Assembly: GCA_964187785.1 (NCBI GenBank)
Contig: OZ076409.1
Span: forward strand, 62,436,001-62,500,000
Source: Amphiscolops sp. MND2022
Taxonomy: Eukaryota
Direction: 5' to 3'
Length of the DNA: 64,000 nt
In this document: positions 12,601 through 24,800 of the stretch, piece by piece
How positions within the stretch are numbered: position 1 is the first letter of the stretch
Layout: the number at the start of each line of letters is the position of its first letter
Made by a program: the position numbers and the translations under genes
The notes under the pieces: model-generated
The model's database searches: none
What the model was told of the DNA's origin: nothing
The model's input: the letters and a program-made list of their open reading frames with translations, nothing else

Positions 12601-15600
12601 TGGAAAAATGAAGTTTCAATGTGGGAGAAGCTTACGGATCTGCCCAAAGAGAAACAGGGACTCGCAGTTGCTCTTTCGTTGACTGGTAGGAAGCGAGAAG
12701 TTGCAATGGAACTCGCACCTGATGTTTTGGGCGCGCAAAATGGTTTAGTCGACTTATGAACGAGTTAGCTAGTGTGTTTGGCAAAGATTCAGTTGACATT
12801 GCCTTCGAAAATTATTGCAATTTCGAAAATTTGAAGAGGAACTGGGATGAGACAGTGGGCGATTTCATAGCCAAATTTGAACGCTCTTACTCTCGGATCA
12901 AGCAGAACAAAATGGTGCTGCCTGATGATGTCCTTGCTTGCAAGTTACTTAACAGCGCTAACCTGGATGAAAAAGAACGCCATATGGTTCTTGCCGCTAC
13001 ATCAGACCTGAAGTTTGAAAGTATGAAATCTTCGCTGAAACGTATTTTCGGCACCGTTTTATGCAAGACTGACCAAACCATTGCTAAAGTAGAACCTGCT
13101 TTCACAGCACAACCTATGGATGAGGCCTCTGCGTTTTGGTCTGCAAAGGGGAAGAATTTTCGTCGCAGTGGTCAGTTCGCACGGAAACGAGACGAAAAAG
13201 GTACCAATCCTCGTGATTCTCAAGGACGAGTGAGCGTTTGCACCACTTGTGGATCAAGGTATCATTGGCGTCGAAATTGTCCTGAAGAGCAGTCCAAGGA
13301 TGGAGCGACAGCTGTTCCTAGTAAACGCAGAAAATAGATACTGGAACAGAAGACGACAAAGTCTTCTTGGTTTTTGCCGTAGACTGTAGCGGATTTCTTA
13401 ATTCCTGCTCTGGATTAGCCATTCTTGATTCTGCATGTACGCGGACTGTTGCAGCTGAAATCTGGCTGGATGATTATTTCGCGCGGGTGACTTCAAGACA
13501 TCGAGCGTTGGTAGTGGAAGAACCTTCTCAGACAACAATAATGTATGGTGACGGAAATCGTCAACAGTGTACTCGAAGTGTTACGGTTCCAGCGAAAATA
13601 GGAGCTGTCAGCTGTTTCATCAAGATAGAAATAGTTCCTGGTGGCCTGCCTTTGCTATTAAGTGTAAAGTCAATGAAGAAAGCCAAATTAGCGATCGATT
13701 TTGGCGAAGGAATTGTGAAGTTTGCTGATGACTCGGTGATGCAATGGATCAATTTGCCATCTGGACACGTTGCAACCTGTATTTTGCCTGATCTCTTTGA
13801 CGAACCGACAGTTTTGCTCACATCATCTACTCTGGAGGACAAGAAGAAATTAGAGAAGTTACACAAACAATTCGGCCATTGCTCGGCGGCGAAACTCAAG
13901 CGGTTAGTGGAAAACGCAGGTCCCAATGATCCAGGTTGTAATGACGCAATTGATAAGGTTTGCGCTGATTGTGACGTGCGCACAATTTGGCCGAACTAAA
14001 TCTCGCCCAATAGTCGGATTACCAACTTCATCAGATTTCAATGAGACTGTTGCTATTGATTTACACTTTCTTGTCGAGTTGGGGCGAAGTACATACTATT
14101 TGCACATTATAGATGTTTTGACCCGACTCAGTGCTGCTGTTATCATCTTCGACAAACAGCCAAAGACAGTAATCGATCAATTGTTGCGAAAATGGGTCTT
14201 TCATTTCGGTTTTCCCCAGAGGATTTTGTCTGATAATGGTGGGGAGTTTCACAACGAGGAGTTCCGTCTCTTCGCTCAAGGAGAAAACGACACCTGCGGG
14301 AAGTCCTTGGTCGAATGGCACATGCGAACGCCATAATGCTCTCATCACCGAATCTTTTTTAAAACTTCGAGCATCGAGTGCCCAAAGTGATCAGGATTGT
14401 CTTGGCCATGCTGTTTTTGCCAAAAATTGTATGTTAGACGTGAATGGTTTCAGCCCTTATCAGCTCGTCTTTGGGAGGAATCCTAGGCTGCCCTCTGTTG
14501 ACAAAAATGAACTTCCTGCCTTGGAAGAAGCTGTTTCAACACAATCTGAGTGTTTGTCAAGATTTTTAACTGATATTCAACAGTCCAGACGTGAGTTCCT
14601 AGCGATAGATTCATCTCAACGTATCAGCAGAGCGTTGCTCCACAATGTTCGCAAAGATGATGGTCCGTTCTCAATCGGTGATGATGTCTATTACAAGAGA
14701 CAGGAGACTCGCTGGCGTGGGCCAGCTCGAATAATCGGAATAGATGGAAGAATATATCTTCTCAGGCATGGTGGGCAAATCATCAAAGTACATCCTCATT
14801 CGTTGAGGAGAGTCCGATGCGAAGTGTCGGTCGAAAGCACTCCACCTTGTTCAGCTGTGGAGCAGAATACAATGTCTGAGAAGACACGGGAACTAGAGAG
14901 TAGCGATGAGGACGAAAATCTAGAGAAAAGCTCAGGGAACGATTCGACAGAGGAACAAAAGTCTTCAAAAATAGAAGTGAAAGAATCTCGAGACGAATTT
15001 CCGAATGCCGACGACGCTCTAGTACAAAATAGTTCGACCATTAGTCGGGACGATCTGACGGTAAAGAGAGCTTTACCAAAACGTGGAGATCGCATCCGAT
15101 TCACGCTTCAAGATCCTGGTCAATTCGATAACGATTTCGCTCGCGTCGTTTTGGGACGTGCTGGTAAAGTTCGTGGAAAGAATCAGAATTGGATGAATCT
15201 TCAGTATGACTACCCGGAGTCGATTGCCGGCACATGTGCCAGTTTGGACTTCTCAGAGCATGTCACTTCGTGGCAGCCAGAAAATGATTCTTGTTTGATC
15301 ACAGCCCTCGGAAAGAGCACTTTTTTCGACGAAATGGCTCTAGAATAGGAAAATTGGAAAGAAAACGACGTGTACGAAGTTGTTCCAGACAGGGGCCAAT
15401 CCTTGATTTCGGGTCGCTGGGTTCTAACCGAAAAACCAAATGGACAGCGAAAAGCTCGATTGGTTGCTCGTGGCTTTGAAGATCCAGACCAAGACACTGT
15501 TGTTAAAGAATCGCCAACTTGCGCTAAAGATTCTCTCCGAATCGTTATTTCTCTCTGCGCTACGCTGGTCTGGCAATGTGGCTCCATCGACATAAAGGCT

Positions 15601-17932
15601 GCATTCTTGCAGGGTAGTAATGTCTTGCGCGACATTTATTTGGAACCCCCGGAAGAGAGTAATTCTCAAGGTTTTGTTTGGAAGCTGAAGAAAAGCGTCT
15701 ACAGTTTGGTAGATGCCCCCAGAATGTGGTATCGAAAAGTTTGCGCGGAGGTTGTACATCTTGGAGGCGTTGTGTCACTTTTCGATCCAGCTGTATTCTA
15801 CTGGCACGGCACGATAATGGGGAACCTACGGGATTCGTTTGTCTTCATGTTGACGATTTTTGGTGGACCGGCAATGAAAACTTCCGCAGGACCGTAATCT
15901 CTGGTTTCGAGAAAGTTTTCACTGTGGGAAGCGTCTCCTCTGTGCCAATGAATTATCTCGGTTTGTGTATTGATTCTGCGATGAGTGGTTATAGTGTGTC
16001 ACAACAAGCGTTTCACGAAACGTTATGCGAGATGCCACTCACACATTCGAAGGATGAGAAAACGAGACCGACTACCCCGGAAGAGAAGAAAGAACTACGT
16101 GGAATTATTGGTAAGCTTCTTTGGCTGTCGGTACAGACGCGGCCCGGAATTTCGTGTTCGTTAAGTCAATTAAGCAGTAATCTGAAAGAATCGAATGTTA
16201 GTGATATCTTGGCAGCAAACAAGTTAATTCGTTATGTCAGAAGTGAAGAGGTTACTCTGAAGTTTCCTGAGTTGGGCCTGATAAACGACTGTCGCTTTCT
16301 GGTATTCACTGATGCCTCACTGGCGAACAACAAGGATGGAAGTACACAAGCTGGTTATCTCGTGTTTTTGACTAATATTAAAACGGGGGATTGTTCTCTT
16401 ATCAGCTGGAGATCTCAAAAGCTTAAGCGTATTGTTAGAAGCACTTTGAGTGCTGAAACACTGGCATGCGTTGATGGTGTGGATGCCGCTTTTTTAATGC
16501 AAAATCTGATGAAAGAACTGACAACATCACTCCTACCTATTTTTGTTATTACAGACAATGTTTCACTGGTTGAAGCTGTTTACTCGCCAAAAAGTGTACA
16601 AGACAAACGACTCAGAGTGGATTTGGGCTATTTAAAGAACTTGATTGAGGAAAAATGCGTAAAGAAATTGATATGGGTACCCTCTCAGTACCAACTGGCT
16701 GATTGTTTAACAAAACCGAAGAATGATATTCGAAATTCTCTTCGTCATTGCCTTAAAACGTCGAATTTTGGTGTCATCAATCGTTATTTGAAAGCTGCGG
16801 AATAAACTAGCAGCATCCATGTGCTGCTTGAGTTTGTGGAAGTTTTTCTCACCGTCACACGTATGCTAGAATCAGCCGTTTATATTTTGTTCAACTTTTT
16901 ATCTATGGGTATTCTGTTGTGACTTTCATATGGTGTTTAGTGTTCATCTATTATGTAATCCTTCATGAAACACGTGCTTTGTGTGATTTTTGATTTATTC
17001 ATTTCATTGCGCTGAGACGTCTGAACACTCTGCTAATTTGTATTTATTTATTACGTAATCTGTCATGAAACACGTAGTTGATTGTGGTTGTGTTCAATAC
17101 ACTCTTCTGTGGCACTTCTGGTGTTTACACACACACACGCGCGCGTTATGTCCGAGTTAATGTATTCATTTGAATACTTACCACGACACGTCTTGCGCTT
17201 CTGATGCCTGTTTGTGCTAATTGTTATTCTAGCTCTTTGTTCATTTAGCACTACTTTCGTTCAGCTCTTCATGCTGCACTTACTGCAACAAAACAAAAAA
17301 AACGTGCGAGATTGTTGTTTCCCTTATTTCGTTTAGTTCATGTTCATTTATATCAGATGAATGTTATACTTTTCAGGTGGGTTTTGAATATATATCTGTT
17401 TTACGATCAGTTTTTACAATACCACTAAGCTTCAAAACTTTCCTTCTAAAAATCCAAGAAACTGCAATAAATATATATGAAAACAAAGGGGACAGGGATG
17501 AAGGACTTGCTTGAGGCCCAACAATGGTAAGTTGAGAGGGATTCGAACCTGTTACCGCCCCAGTGCAGGACGAAGTTGCAACAATTATTCTCGAATGTCC
17601 GATTTTTGAACCACTGGAAATTACCTACTAGCTCGACGGTTGAAAAAATAGTACAGGAATCTTTTTTCTTTTTGAAAATTTTATCCTCAATTATAATGAG
17701 GAGCTGAGTGCATTTGAGGAGCTGAGAACCAATTCTGTGCTCTGATTCAGTTCTTTTCAGGGATTGGTTGCTTTACTCGACGCTGGGATTAGGACGAAAC
17801 TGGGTGGATGCCATGCGGAACATTATGACTTGGTTCAACGATTTTAAAGACAAAACAAAACGCAGCAGAGAGAAAGAAAAAGAACCAGAGAAGAACGTTA
17901 TTGACACCGACGCTGTGAAATTCTTGATCTAG
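3610..17932 (+). CDS. Spliced host gene, about 349 aa, acidic Ser-rich N-half and helical C-half, product unknown. Exons 3610-3796 (ATG 3649), 4692-4768, 5232-5299, 5908-6148, 6411-6426, 6789-6962, 7541-7694, 17761-17932
   Basis: All seven introns are GT...AG with pyrimidine tracts. Phases 1,0,2,0,1,1,2 join into one stop-free frame of 1050 nt from ATG 3649 to TAG 17930-17932. The first exon has an acceptor at 3609, so further upstream exons may exist. Confidence 0.75.
7900..8900. repeat. Degenerate tandem repeat of about 185-bp units
   Basis: aattgacaccgaaaatgacaaaa-like motif recurs near 8125, 8312, 8497, 8672 and 8835. Confidence 0.75.
9079..9474 (+). repeat. About 396-bp near-identical direct repeat, copy 1 (copy 2 at 11587-11984)
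   Basis: Direct comparison from gtttttgaaaat through atgccaatactgca. Confidence 0.9.
9514..11354 (+). mobile_element. 5'-truncated, frameshifted non-LTR retrotransposon (RT plus C-terminal Cys/His finger; I/Jockey-group-like)
   Basis: RT motifs RPLAISSHMGKLMERII, DLEKAFDSV, LPQDSVVSPLLFIIYIND and FAGD (decayed FADD). C-terminal CSCG-x6-H-x4-C. Candidate TSD tatgaaagcaa (9503-9513) / tatgaaaacaa (11355-11365). Confidence 0.85.
12419..17418 (+). mobile_element. Full-length, decayed Ty1/Copia LTR retrotransposon, GalEa-clade-like
   Basis: LTRs 12419-12523 and 17313-17418 (TG...CA). PBS tggtagcag at 12525 (initiator Met type). Degenerate PPT. Flanks ATAC/ATAC. Domain order gag-PR-IN-RT-RH. Confidence 0.93.
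12544..16805 (+). pseudogene. Copia gag-pol, broken by several frameshifts and stops
   Basis: Gag WKNEVSMW...KQGLAVALSL; knuckle CTTCGSRYHWRRNC; PR ILDSAC; IN LHKQFGH...C-x2-C, SDNGGEF, SPWSNGTCER; RT KARLVARGF, DIKAAFLQG, HVDD; RH FTDAS, STLSAE, KRLRVD, LADCLTK. Confidence 0.92.
17492..17590 (-). mobile_element. tRNA-derived SINE fragment (V/CORE-SINE-like body)
   Basis: The minus strand has the B box ggttcgaatccc followed by ...tgttgggcctcaagcaagtccttcatccctg, resembling conserved central SINE domains. Confidence 0.5.
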
Positions 17933-19084
17933 TTTTTATAACAATACTCACCGTAGTGCTTTCCTAATATCATAAACGTAGTTTTTAATTTCCATGAAAA
18001 AACTATTTTCATAAGATACATATACATAAGATATGTACTCTCGTTTAGTTATTCGAATTAGCTAGCTTTAAGCGTCTGCTATTTTCAAGCTAAAGAAATG
18101 AATTGATCGATGACGTTCAAGACTACCATTTCAGTACTCAGAAACCACTTCACATTTCAACTCTAAATGTCTTTGGCTTGTAACTCAGCACAAAGCTCCC
18201 TTTCTTGGTGCTCATGATAATTTTTAATGCCTAACAATTTCTTAAAATCCTTTTCAAAGACCATTGATGCTTAATAACATTGCTTTTTATTCTCCGAATT
18301 ATGAATTCAATTCTCAATAGTTTTCATTTTTTTTCAAAAATATAGTGCGTTGTAAGCTGTAGATCAATATATATAGGCTGACTTTTCGGCAAAACATCTT
18401 TGAAATCGGATAATGGGACGCTTACAATTTTTCAATGGAAATTTTGGTTGTTCTTGTTTTAACCCTGATTAACCTAGCGGTACTAAAAAGCAACCTACTT
18501 TTTTCAACTTCTGATTCGTTTTGCCAGTAGCCCATATTTTCTAGCACAGTTTCTTTTTACAATTTATTCATAGTTTGATTTGAATGGCACAAGCATTAGA
18601 AAAAGTGAATGTCTCCAAAGCTAAGAAAATTTTTTGGCGAAATCAGTTTTCTCCAAAGTCTTTGACCCGTAAGAAAAGCAACCTCATACCCTTCCAGAAG
18701 ACCTTGTGCAACAAAACGCAATAATATGCTATTGTTATTACAAGCCCCCACGTAGCGTACCGCACGAAGTTCGGAGTGGTCGCCAAGGCGACGTGCCGGA
18801 AAAAGCCTGAAGAACGGGGTGCGCAGCTTCAGGGGCTCACCTGAAAATGGAAGCCCAATACCAGACCTTTCAAACTGCTATAGTTCATTTCTCTCGTATG
18901 CGTAGTTGCAGAGATTTAAAATTTTTCATCAGAAATTTGCAAAACGCCCAGGTGAATTAGGGTTACATTGGGAACAATTGGTTCCAAAAGATGCCCAACT
19001 GTGAAATTTTCTTTTGATTTTTGCGTTCACCAATGACGTGAGTTTAATATGAAATTTTAGTTTTCCAAGAAATTTTTACCAAAA

Positions 19085-19286
19085 ATTGTGGCTCTTTTTC
19101 CTCTCCCCCCACACACTTTTTGAAGAAAACAAACTCAACATAAAGGATTATATTTGACTATATCATTCAATATTTCTTCAATTTATAATTGAACCTTTCT
19201 GGTTGGTATTCAAGTCTTTTTGTTATAAGATTTTCATTATTTTTCCAAAATTTTGGGGTGGGGGAAAAGGAAAAAGTTCCAAAATT
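19085..19286. repeat. Degenerate 200-bp inverted-repeat element (MITE-like)
   Basis: aattgtggctctttttcctctcccccac pairs with gtgggggaaaaggaaaaagttccaaaatt. Confidence 0.6.
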
Positions 19287-21870
19287 GCTATAATGTTGGG
19301 ACCAGTAGTTTGATCGCTACTCAAATATAACGTTATCGCTAGCTACCGCTTTTCAAAATAATTGCTACCGGTGTTGGCAGAAATACATTTTTTCGCGAAA
19401 TCGTTCTTTTTAAAGACAAATTTAGAGTTAGCGACAGCGGAATTGTTCTTAGCGGCCAAATCACTGATTGGGACAATAATTTGGAAGAAATAACGTCTAA
19501 GACTTTTTATCGGAATAGCAGTCCAAGAATGGTCTTCCAACCAAATGATCAGAAAAGTGAAAACCAGTTGAAAAGTCTATTTGCGCCTCTCCAGGTCAGC
19601 CTTCGTCAAAGCCACTGGTTTGTAATAGCACGCCGTTTCGTTCCTGTGTTTAGGGGACAGAGGCATGTGACTGTGCAGATCAAGTTTGCTTTTTTGGACG
19701 TAATATACTGTCTAAACTTGGACGTTTTTTACCGTCCCCAGTATTTCGATATAGAAAGCTTCTAATGCGGTCGTGTACAATATAGTTACCTTTCAGTGGT
19801 AATTGTTCTGTGTGAACATGTTGCTTCAATGAGTTGCCATCGTTTCTTCAGAACTTTGTGTCGTACAGTACAAAGTACCGCAGTGTGACTGCACCTACTG
19901 TTCTAATACGTTTCGTGAGCCTGATATTGTTGTAATTTCCTCAGACTGCAACGATATCGTCAGAACACTTCATCTTTTATTCTTAGAGTAAGGCTTTTCT
20001 ATGCTACTAGGTCACACAAATAATCACGTACTTTTTTCGGAACTTTTAACTCCCTCTGATGCGTAAATTTATGTAAAAATGCTGAAAAAATTTGTCATAA
20101 GTTAGGTGAATGAATCCATGGGATGCCACCAAAAACTGTGAGCTGGGGTGTTCTAGGCCGTTTTGAAGGTCCCTTTGAATTATTTCTTGATCAAAATTTC
20201 GAAATTTGAGCTTAGTAAAATTTTTACGCATTTCGGTTTTCCGAAACACTTAGTATTCACTGCTATATGCTAATTTTCAAATTTCGTGTTCTCTGCCATC
20301 AATGTACAAACAATCCGAGCTAAAAGACCCGAAACACCTGCACCCCAAAAAATGTCGATTGGAGATTGGATGCAAAATGGTCATTTGCTTAATTTCAAAT
20401 ACCTGAACGATCAACTGCGGAGGTGAATTGGTGCAGAATTCTCAGATGAATGCATGCTATAATTTTTGCAGTGACTTGTCACTGGCAGTTCTTCTGAAGA
20501 CCTTTCACAGAGAGTTGATCACAAACCTATAAAATATATCAAACGTACCGACTATAAACCGGAAGTTGCTTCTCGTATTGATCATGGGGATCAACACGAA
20601 TGGTTTATTACTATGGACTAAAGTAAGACCCTCGATTCAAAATGTCTGCGAGTTTTGTGAACAAAAGTTTTTCGAAAGACTTTTGTGATTTTAACAGGTA
20701 AAAATATTTTTTCTTTAACCCCAATGAAGAACATCTGTTTCACTGAGCCCATGTTATATTCAATTATCGAGAAAACAACGAGAACCTACGAGGATCAGAA
20801 AGTTCAATTTACAGCAAAAAGACATCGAAAACATCAAGCATGATGCCAGAACAACTCGATCAACCTGGACGGCCAGAACCTTCAGCGGAGAGGCAAACAA
20901 CACTAAGGCCAGGTCAGCAAACATGTCAGAAGAAAACCAGCACGTACATGAAAGAACAGATGGTATCAATTTGGACTCGAGCTTTGAGAACACGCCGACA
21001 CCAGCGTGAAAACGTCGCCTGAAAACGTCTGTCGAAATCATGGACAGTCGACAATTGGAAGGCACAACAAGCCAGGACTGGCCCAAATTGGTGCCCGCTG
21101 AAGTTTCGAAAGCAAGGGACACTATTTATTACTTTTATCATTTTCTCAGTTCCGAAAAATACCCCGAGGGGTACGCATAAGACTCGAAAACTACTTTTCC
21201 CCAACTGGAAACCAAAAATTCATTGATGAACATTAGTTCTTGTCGAATGTTTTTGGAAAAGTCTCGAGTGCCGAAAAAGGAGCTTTCAACTCGTTAAACT
21301 ACTTTTCCTCAAGCCGAAATCAGCTGCATAAGTAGGGGGTACCCTTTGAGCAAATGATAGTTTCTGAGAAAAAAGACGCACAGAGCCGAAAATGAGCTGA
21401 AAAAAGGTCTTTTCCTCAATCAACAAAAAAACTCATCAGGATGAAAAAGTACCAAAGCGTTCAACCTCAAAACTGGGGAAACATGTTTCCTTTACAGAAA
21501 ACTTCAAAAACCAAAGATTGTGAAGAATTGTTCTGAAAAGTTTCAAAAACTATTTTTTTTACTTCGGTAAGTCTAATTGTGCCGAAAAAACTAAACGTGG
21601 ACGTCTGGCTCGCAAAACGCTGTAATTTCTGCTGAAAATTGAGGGAAGGAGTTTGGGGTTGAAAAAAGTCTCATAGTGACGAAATATCCTAAAGTGAGAC
21701 CCTTTGGTCTCCCCCAACTTTTGCAAACAGAACGGGAAATCCGCGTTAACCACTAAGTCAAGTGGCAGTTAGAAGTTACCTGAAATAGTGAAGGTTTTTG
21801 GTGGGAATATTTTCTCTGGAACATTCTGTATCGAAAAAAAACTGACGAAAAGCGACGACTATAGTATTTT

Positions 21871-24800
21871 TAATATTTCTGCTTTAGCAGGAATATTATT
21901 GTAACCTCAAACTTTCTACTTTTTTTTCAGTACAAATTTTTCGGACGATCTGAATAATTCAGATATTTTGTTCGGCAGTGAGTGTAAGCGTGGGAAAGCT
22001 GCCGACAACAATTCAATTCTAGTGCGATGGAACGAGCGAGGGGTAATTATCCATTCGTATGCTGACGTCATTGAGATGAAGCGAGCGAATGTTCGTAATT
22101 GTGCTTTCGTTGCCCCGAGTTATTGAGATGAAGCGAATGAGTGTTAATTTTTCGTTTGTTGAGAGCTTCGCCTGCATTCAAATGCGAATGCGAAACTTCA
22201 TCGACGCTTAGTAGTTATATTTTCTTTAGTCTGAGAAGAATTAAAGGCGGTGTAAACTTGTACAGTGATTACATGTAATTGTGCGCTAAATAATGATTGA
22301 ACAGGAGTTTATTGATATTCCAGATATGATTCTATTTTTGAAAATGAAAGATAGAAGGGAGTGTGTTGATATTCCAGATATGACTTTATTATTGAAAATA
22401 AAAAAGGAGTGTAGCGAACATTCTACGTCTGATTGGAAAATTGTTTTGAATAACCGGCTTTTCACCATTGTTAACTTCCATAGGGGATAAGTTCTGTCGG
22501 TTTGGAAAATTGTTGATTATGTCCAGCATTTTAGTTTTTTATTTGTCTTTCACTCTCAAAATGGTCTACTTTAGTGTACTTCTATATGGAATAAGTTCTC
22601 TCGGTTTGAAAAATTGTTGATTATTTCCAGCATTTAACTTTTCAAATGTCTAATTCTCAAAATGGCTTACTTCAGTATACTTCGATAGGGGATAAGTTCT
22701 GTCGGTTTGAAAAATTGTTGATTAGGTCCAGCATTTAAGTCTTTAACTCTCAAAATGGCTTAGTTCAGTATACTTCCCTAGGGGATTAGTTCTGCCGGTT
22801 TGGAAAATTGTTGATTATGTCAAGCATTTTAGGTTTTTCTTTGTCTTTAACTCAAAATGGCTTACTTTAGTGTACTTCCATAGGACATAAGTTCTCTCGG
22901 TTTGAAAAATTGTTGAATATTTGCAGCATTTTAACTTTTGAAATGTCTTCAACTCTCAGAATGGCTTACTTCAGTATACTTCCATAGGAGATAAGTTCTG
23001 CCGGTTTGGAAAATTGTTGATTATGTCCAGCATTTTAGTTTTTTATTTGTCTTTCACTCTCAAAATGGTTTACTTTAGTGTACTTCTATATGGAATAAGT
23101 TCTCTCGGTTTGAAAAATTGTTGATTATTTCCAGCATTTAACTTTTCAAATGTCTAATTCTCGAAATGGCTTACTTCAGTATACTTCGATAGGGGATAAG
23201 TTCTGTCGGTTTGAAAAATTGTTGATTAGGTCCAGCATTTAAGTCTTTAACTCTCAAAATGGCTTAGTTCAGTATACTTCCCTAGGGGATTAGTTCTGCC
23301 GGTTTGGAAAATTGTTGATTATGTCAAGCATTTTAGGTTTTTCTTTGTCTTTAACTCAAAATGGCTTACTTTAGTGTACTTCCATAGGACATAAGTTCTC
23401 TCGGTTTGAAAAATTGTTGAATATTTGCAGCATTTTAACTTTTGAAATGAATTCAACTCTCAGAATGGCTTACTTCAGTATACTTCCATAGGAGATAAGT
23501 TCTGCCGGTTTGGAAAATTGTTGATTATGTCAAGCATTTTAGGTTTTTATTTGTCTTTAACTCAAAAAGGCTCACTTCAATGTACTTCCATAGGGGATAA
23601 GTTCTCTCGGTTTGAAAAATTGTTGATTATTTGCAGCATTTTAACTTTTCAAATGTCTTTAACTCCCAAAATGGCTTACTTCAGTGTACTTCCATAGAGG
23701 ATAAATTCTCTCGGTTTGAAAAATTGTTGAACATGTCAAGCATTTTAGGTTTTTATTTGTCTTTAACTCTCAAAATGGCTTACTTTAGTGTACTTCCATA
23801 GGGGATAAGTTCTCTCGGTTTGAAAAATTGTTGATTGTTTCCTGCATTTTAGCTTTTCAAATGTCTTTAACTCTCAAAATGGTTTACTTCAGTATACTTC
23901 CGTAGGGGATAAGTTCTGTCGGTTTGAAAATTTGTTGATTATGTCCAGCATTTTGGTTTTTTATTTTTCTTTAACTCAAACTGACTCACTTTAGTGTACT
24001 TCCATAGGTGATAAGTTCTGTCTTTTCTAAAAATTGTTGAATATTTCCATCATTTTAACTTTTCAATTGTCTTTAACTCTTAAAATGGCTTACTTTAGTG
24101 TACTTCCATAGGAGATAAGTTCTGTCGGTTTGAAAAATTGGTGATTATGTCCAGCATTTTGGTTTTTTTATTTTTCTTTAACCCTCAAAATGACTCACTT
24201 TAGTGTAATTCCATAGGTGATAAGTTCTGTCGTTTCTGAAAATTGTTGAATATTTCCAGCATTTTAACTTTTCAATTGTCTTTAACTCTCAAAATAACTT
24301 ACTTCAGTAAACTTCCATAGGGGATAAATTCTGTCGGTTTGAAAAATTGTTGATTAGGTCCAGCATTTTGGTTTTTTATTATTCTTTAACTCAAACTGAC
24401 TCACTTTAGTGTACTTCCATAGGTGATAAGTTCTGTCGTTTCTAAAAATTGTTGAATATTTCCATCATTTTAACTTTTCAATTGTCTTTAACTCTTAAAA
24501 TGGCTTACTTTAGTGTACTTCCATAGGGGATAAGTTCTGTCGGTTTGAAAAATTGAAAATTATGTCCAGCATTTTGGTTTTTTTATTTTTCTTTAACCCT
24601 CAAAATGACTCACTTTAGTGTAATTCCATAGGTGATAAGTTCTGTCGTTTCTAAAAATTGTTGAATATTTCCAGCATTTTAACTTTTCAATTGTCTTTAA
24701 CTCTCAAAATGGCTTACTTCTGTAAACTTCCATAGGGGATAAATTCTGTCGGTTTGAAAAATTGTTGATTAGGTCCAGCATTTTAGTTTTTTATTGTCTT

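Noticed and set aside
17535..17590. tRNA gene
   Set aside because: Only a B box is clear; no cloverleaf could be built and the downstream sequence is SINE-like.
20470..21110. Second host gene (exon-like stretches LVTGSSSEDLSQR... and LSRKQREPTRIRK...)
   Set aside because: In-frame stops and no consistent splice chain; at most a decayed fragment.
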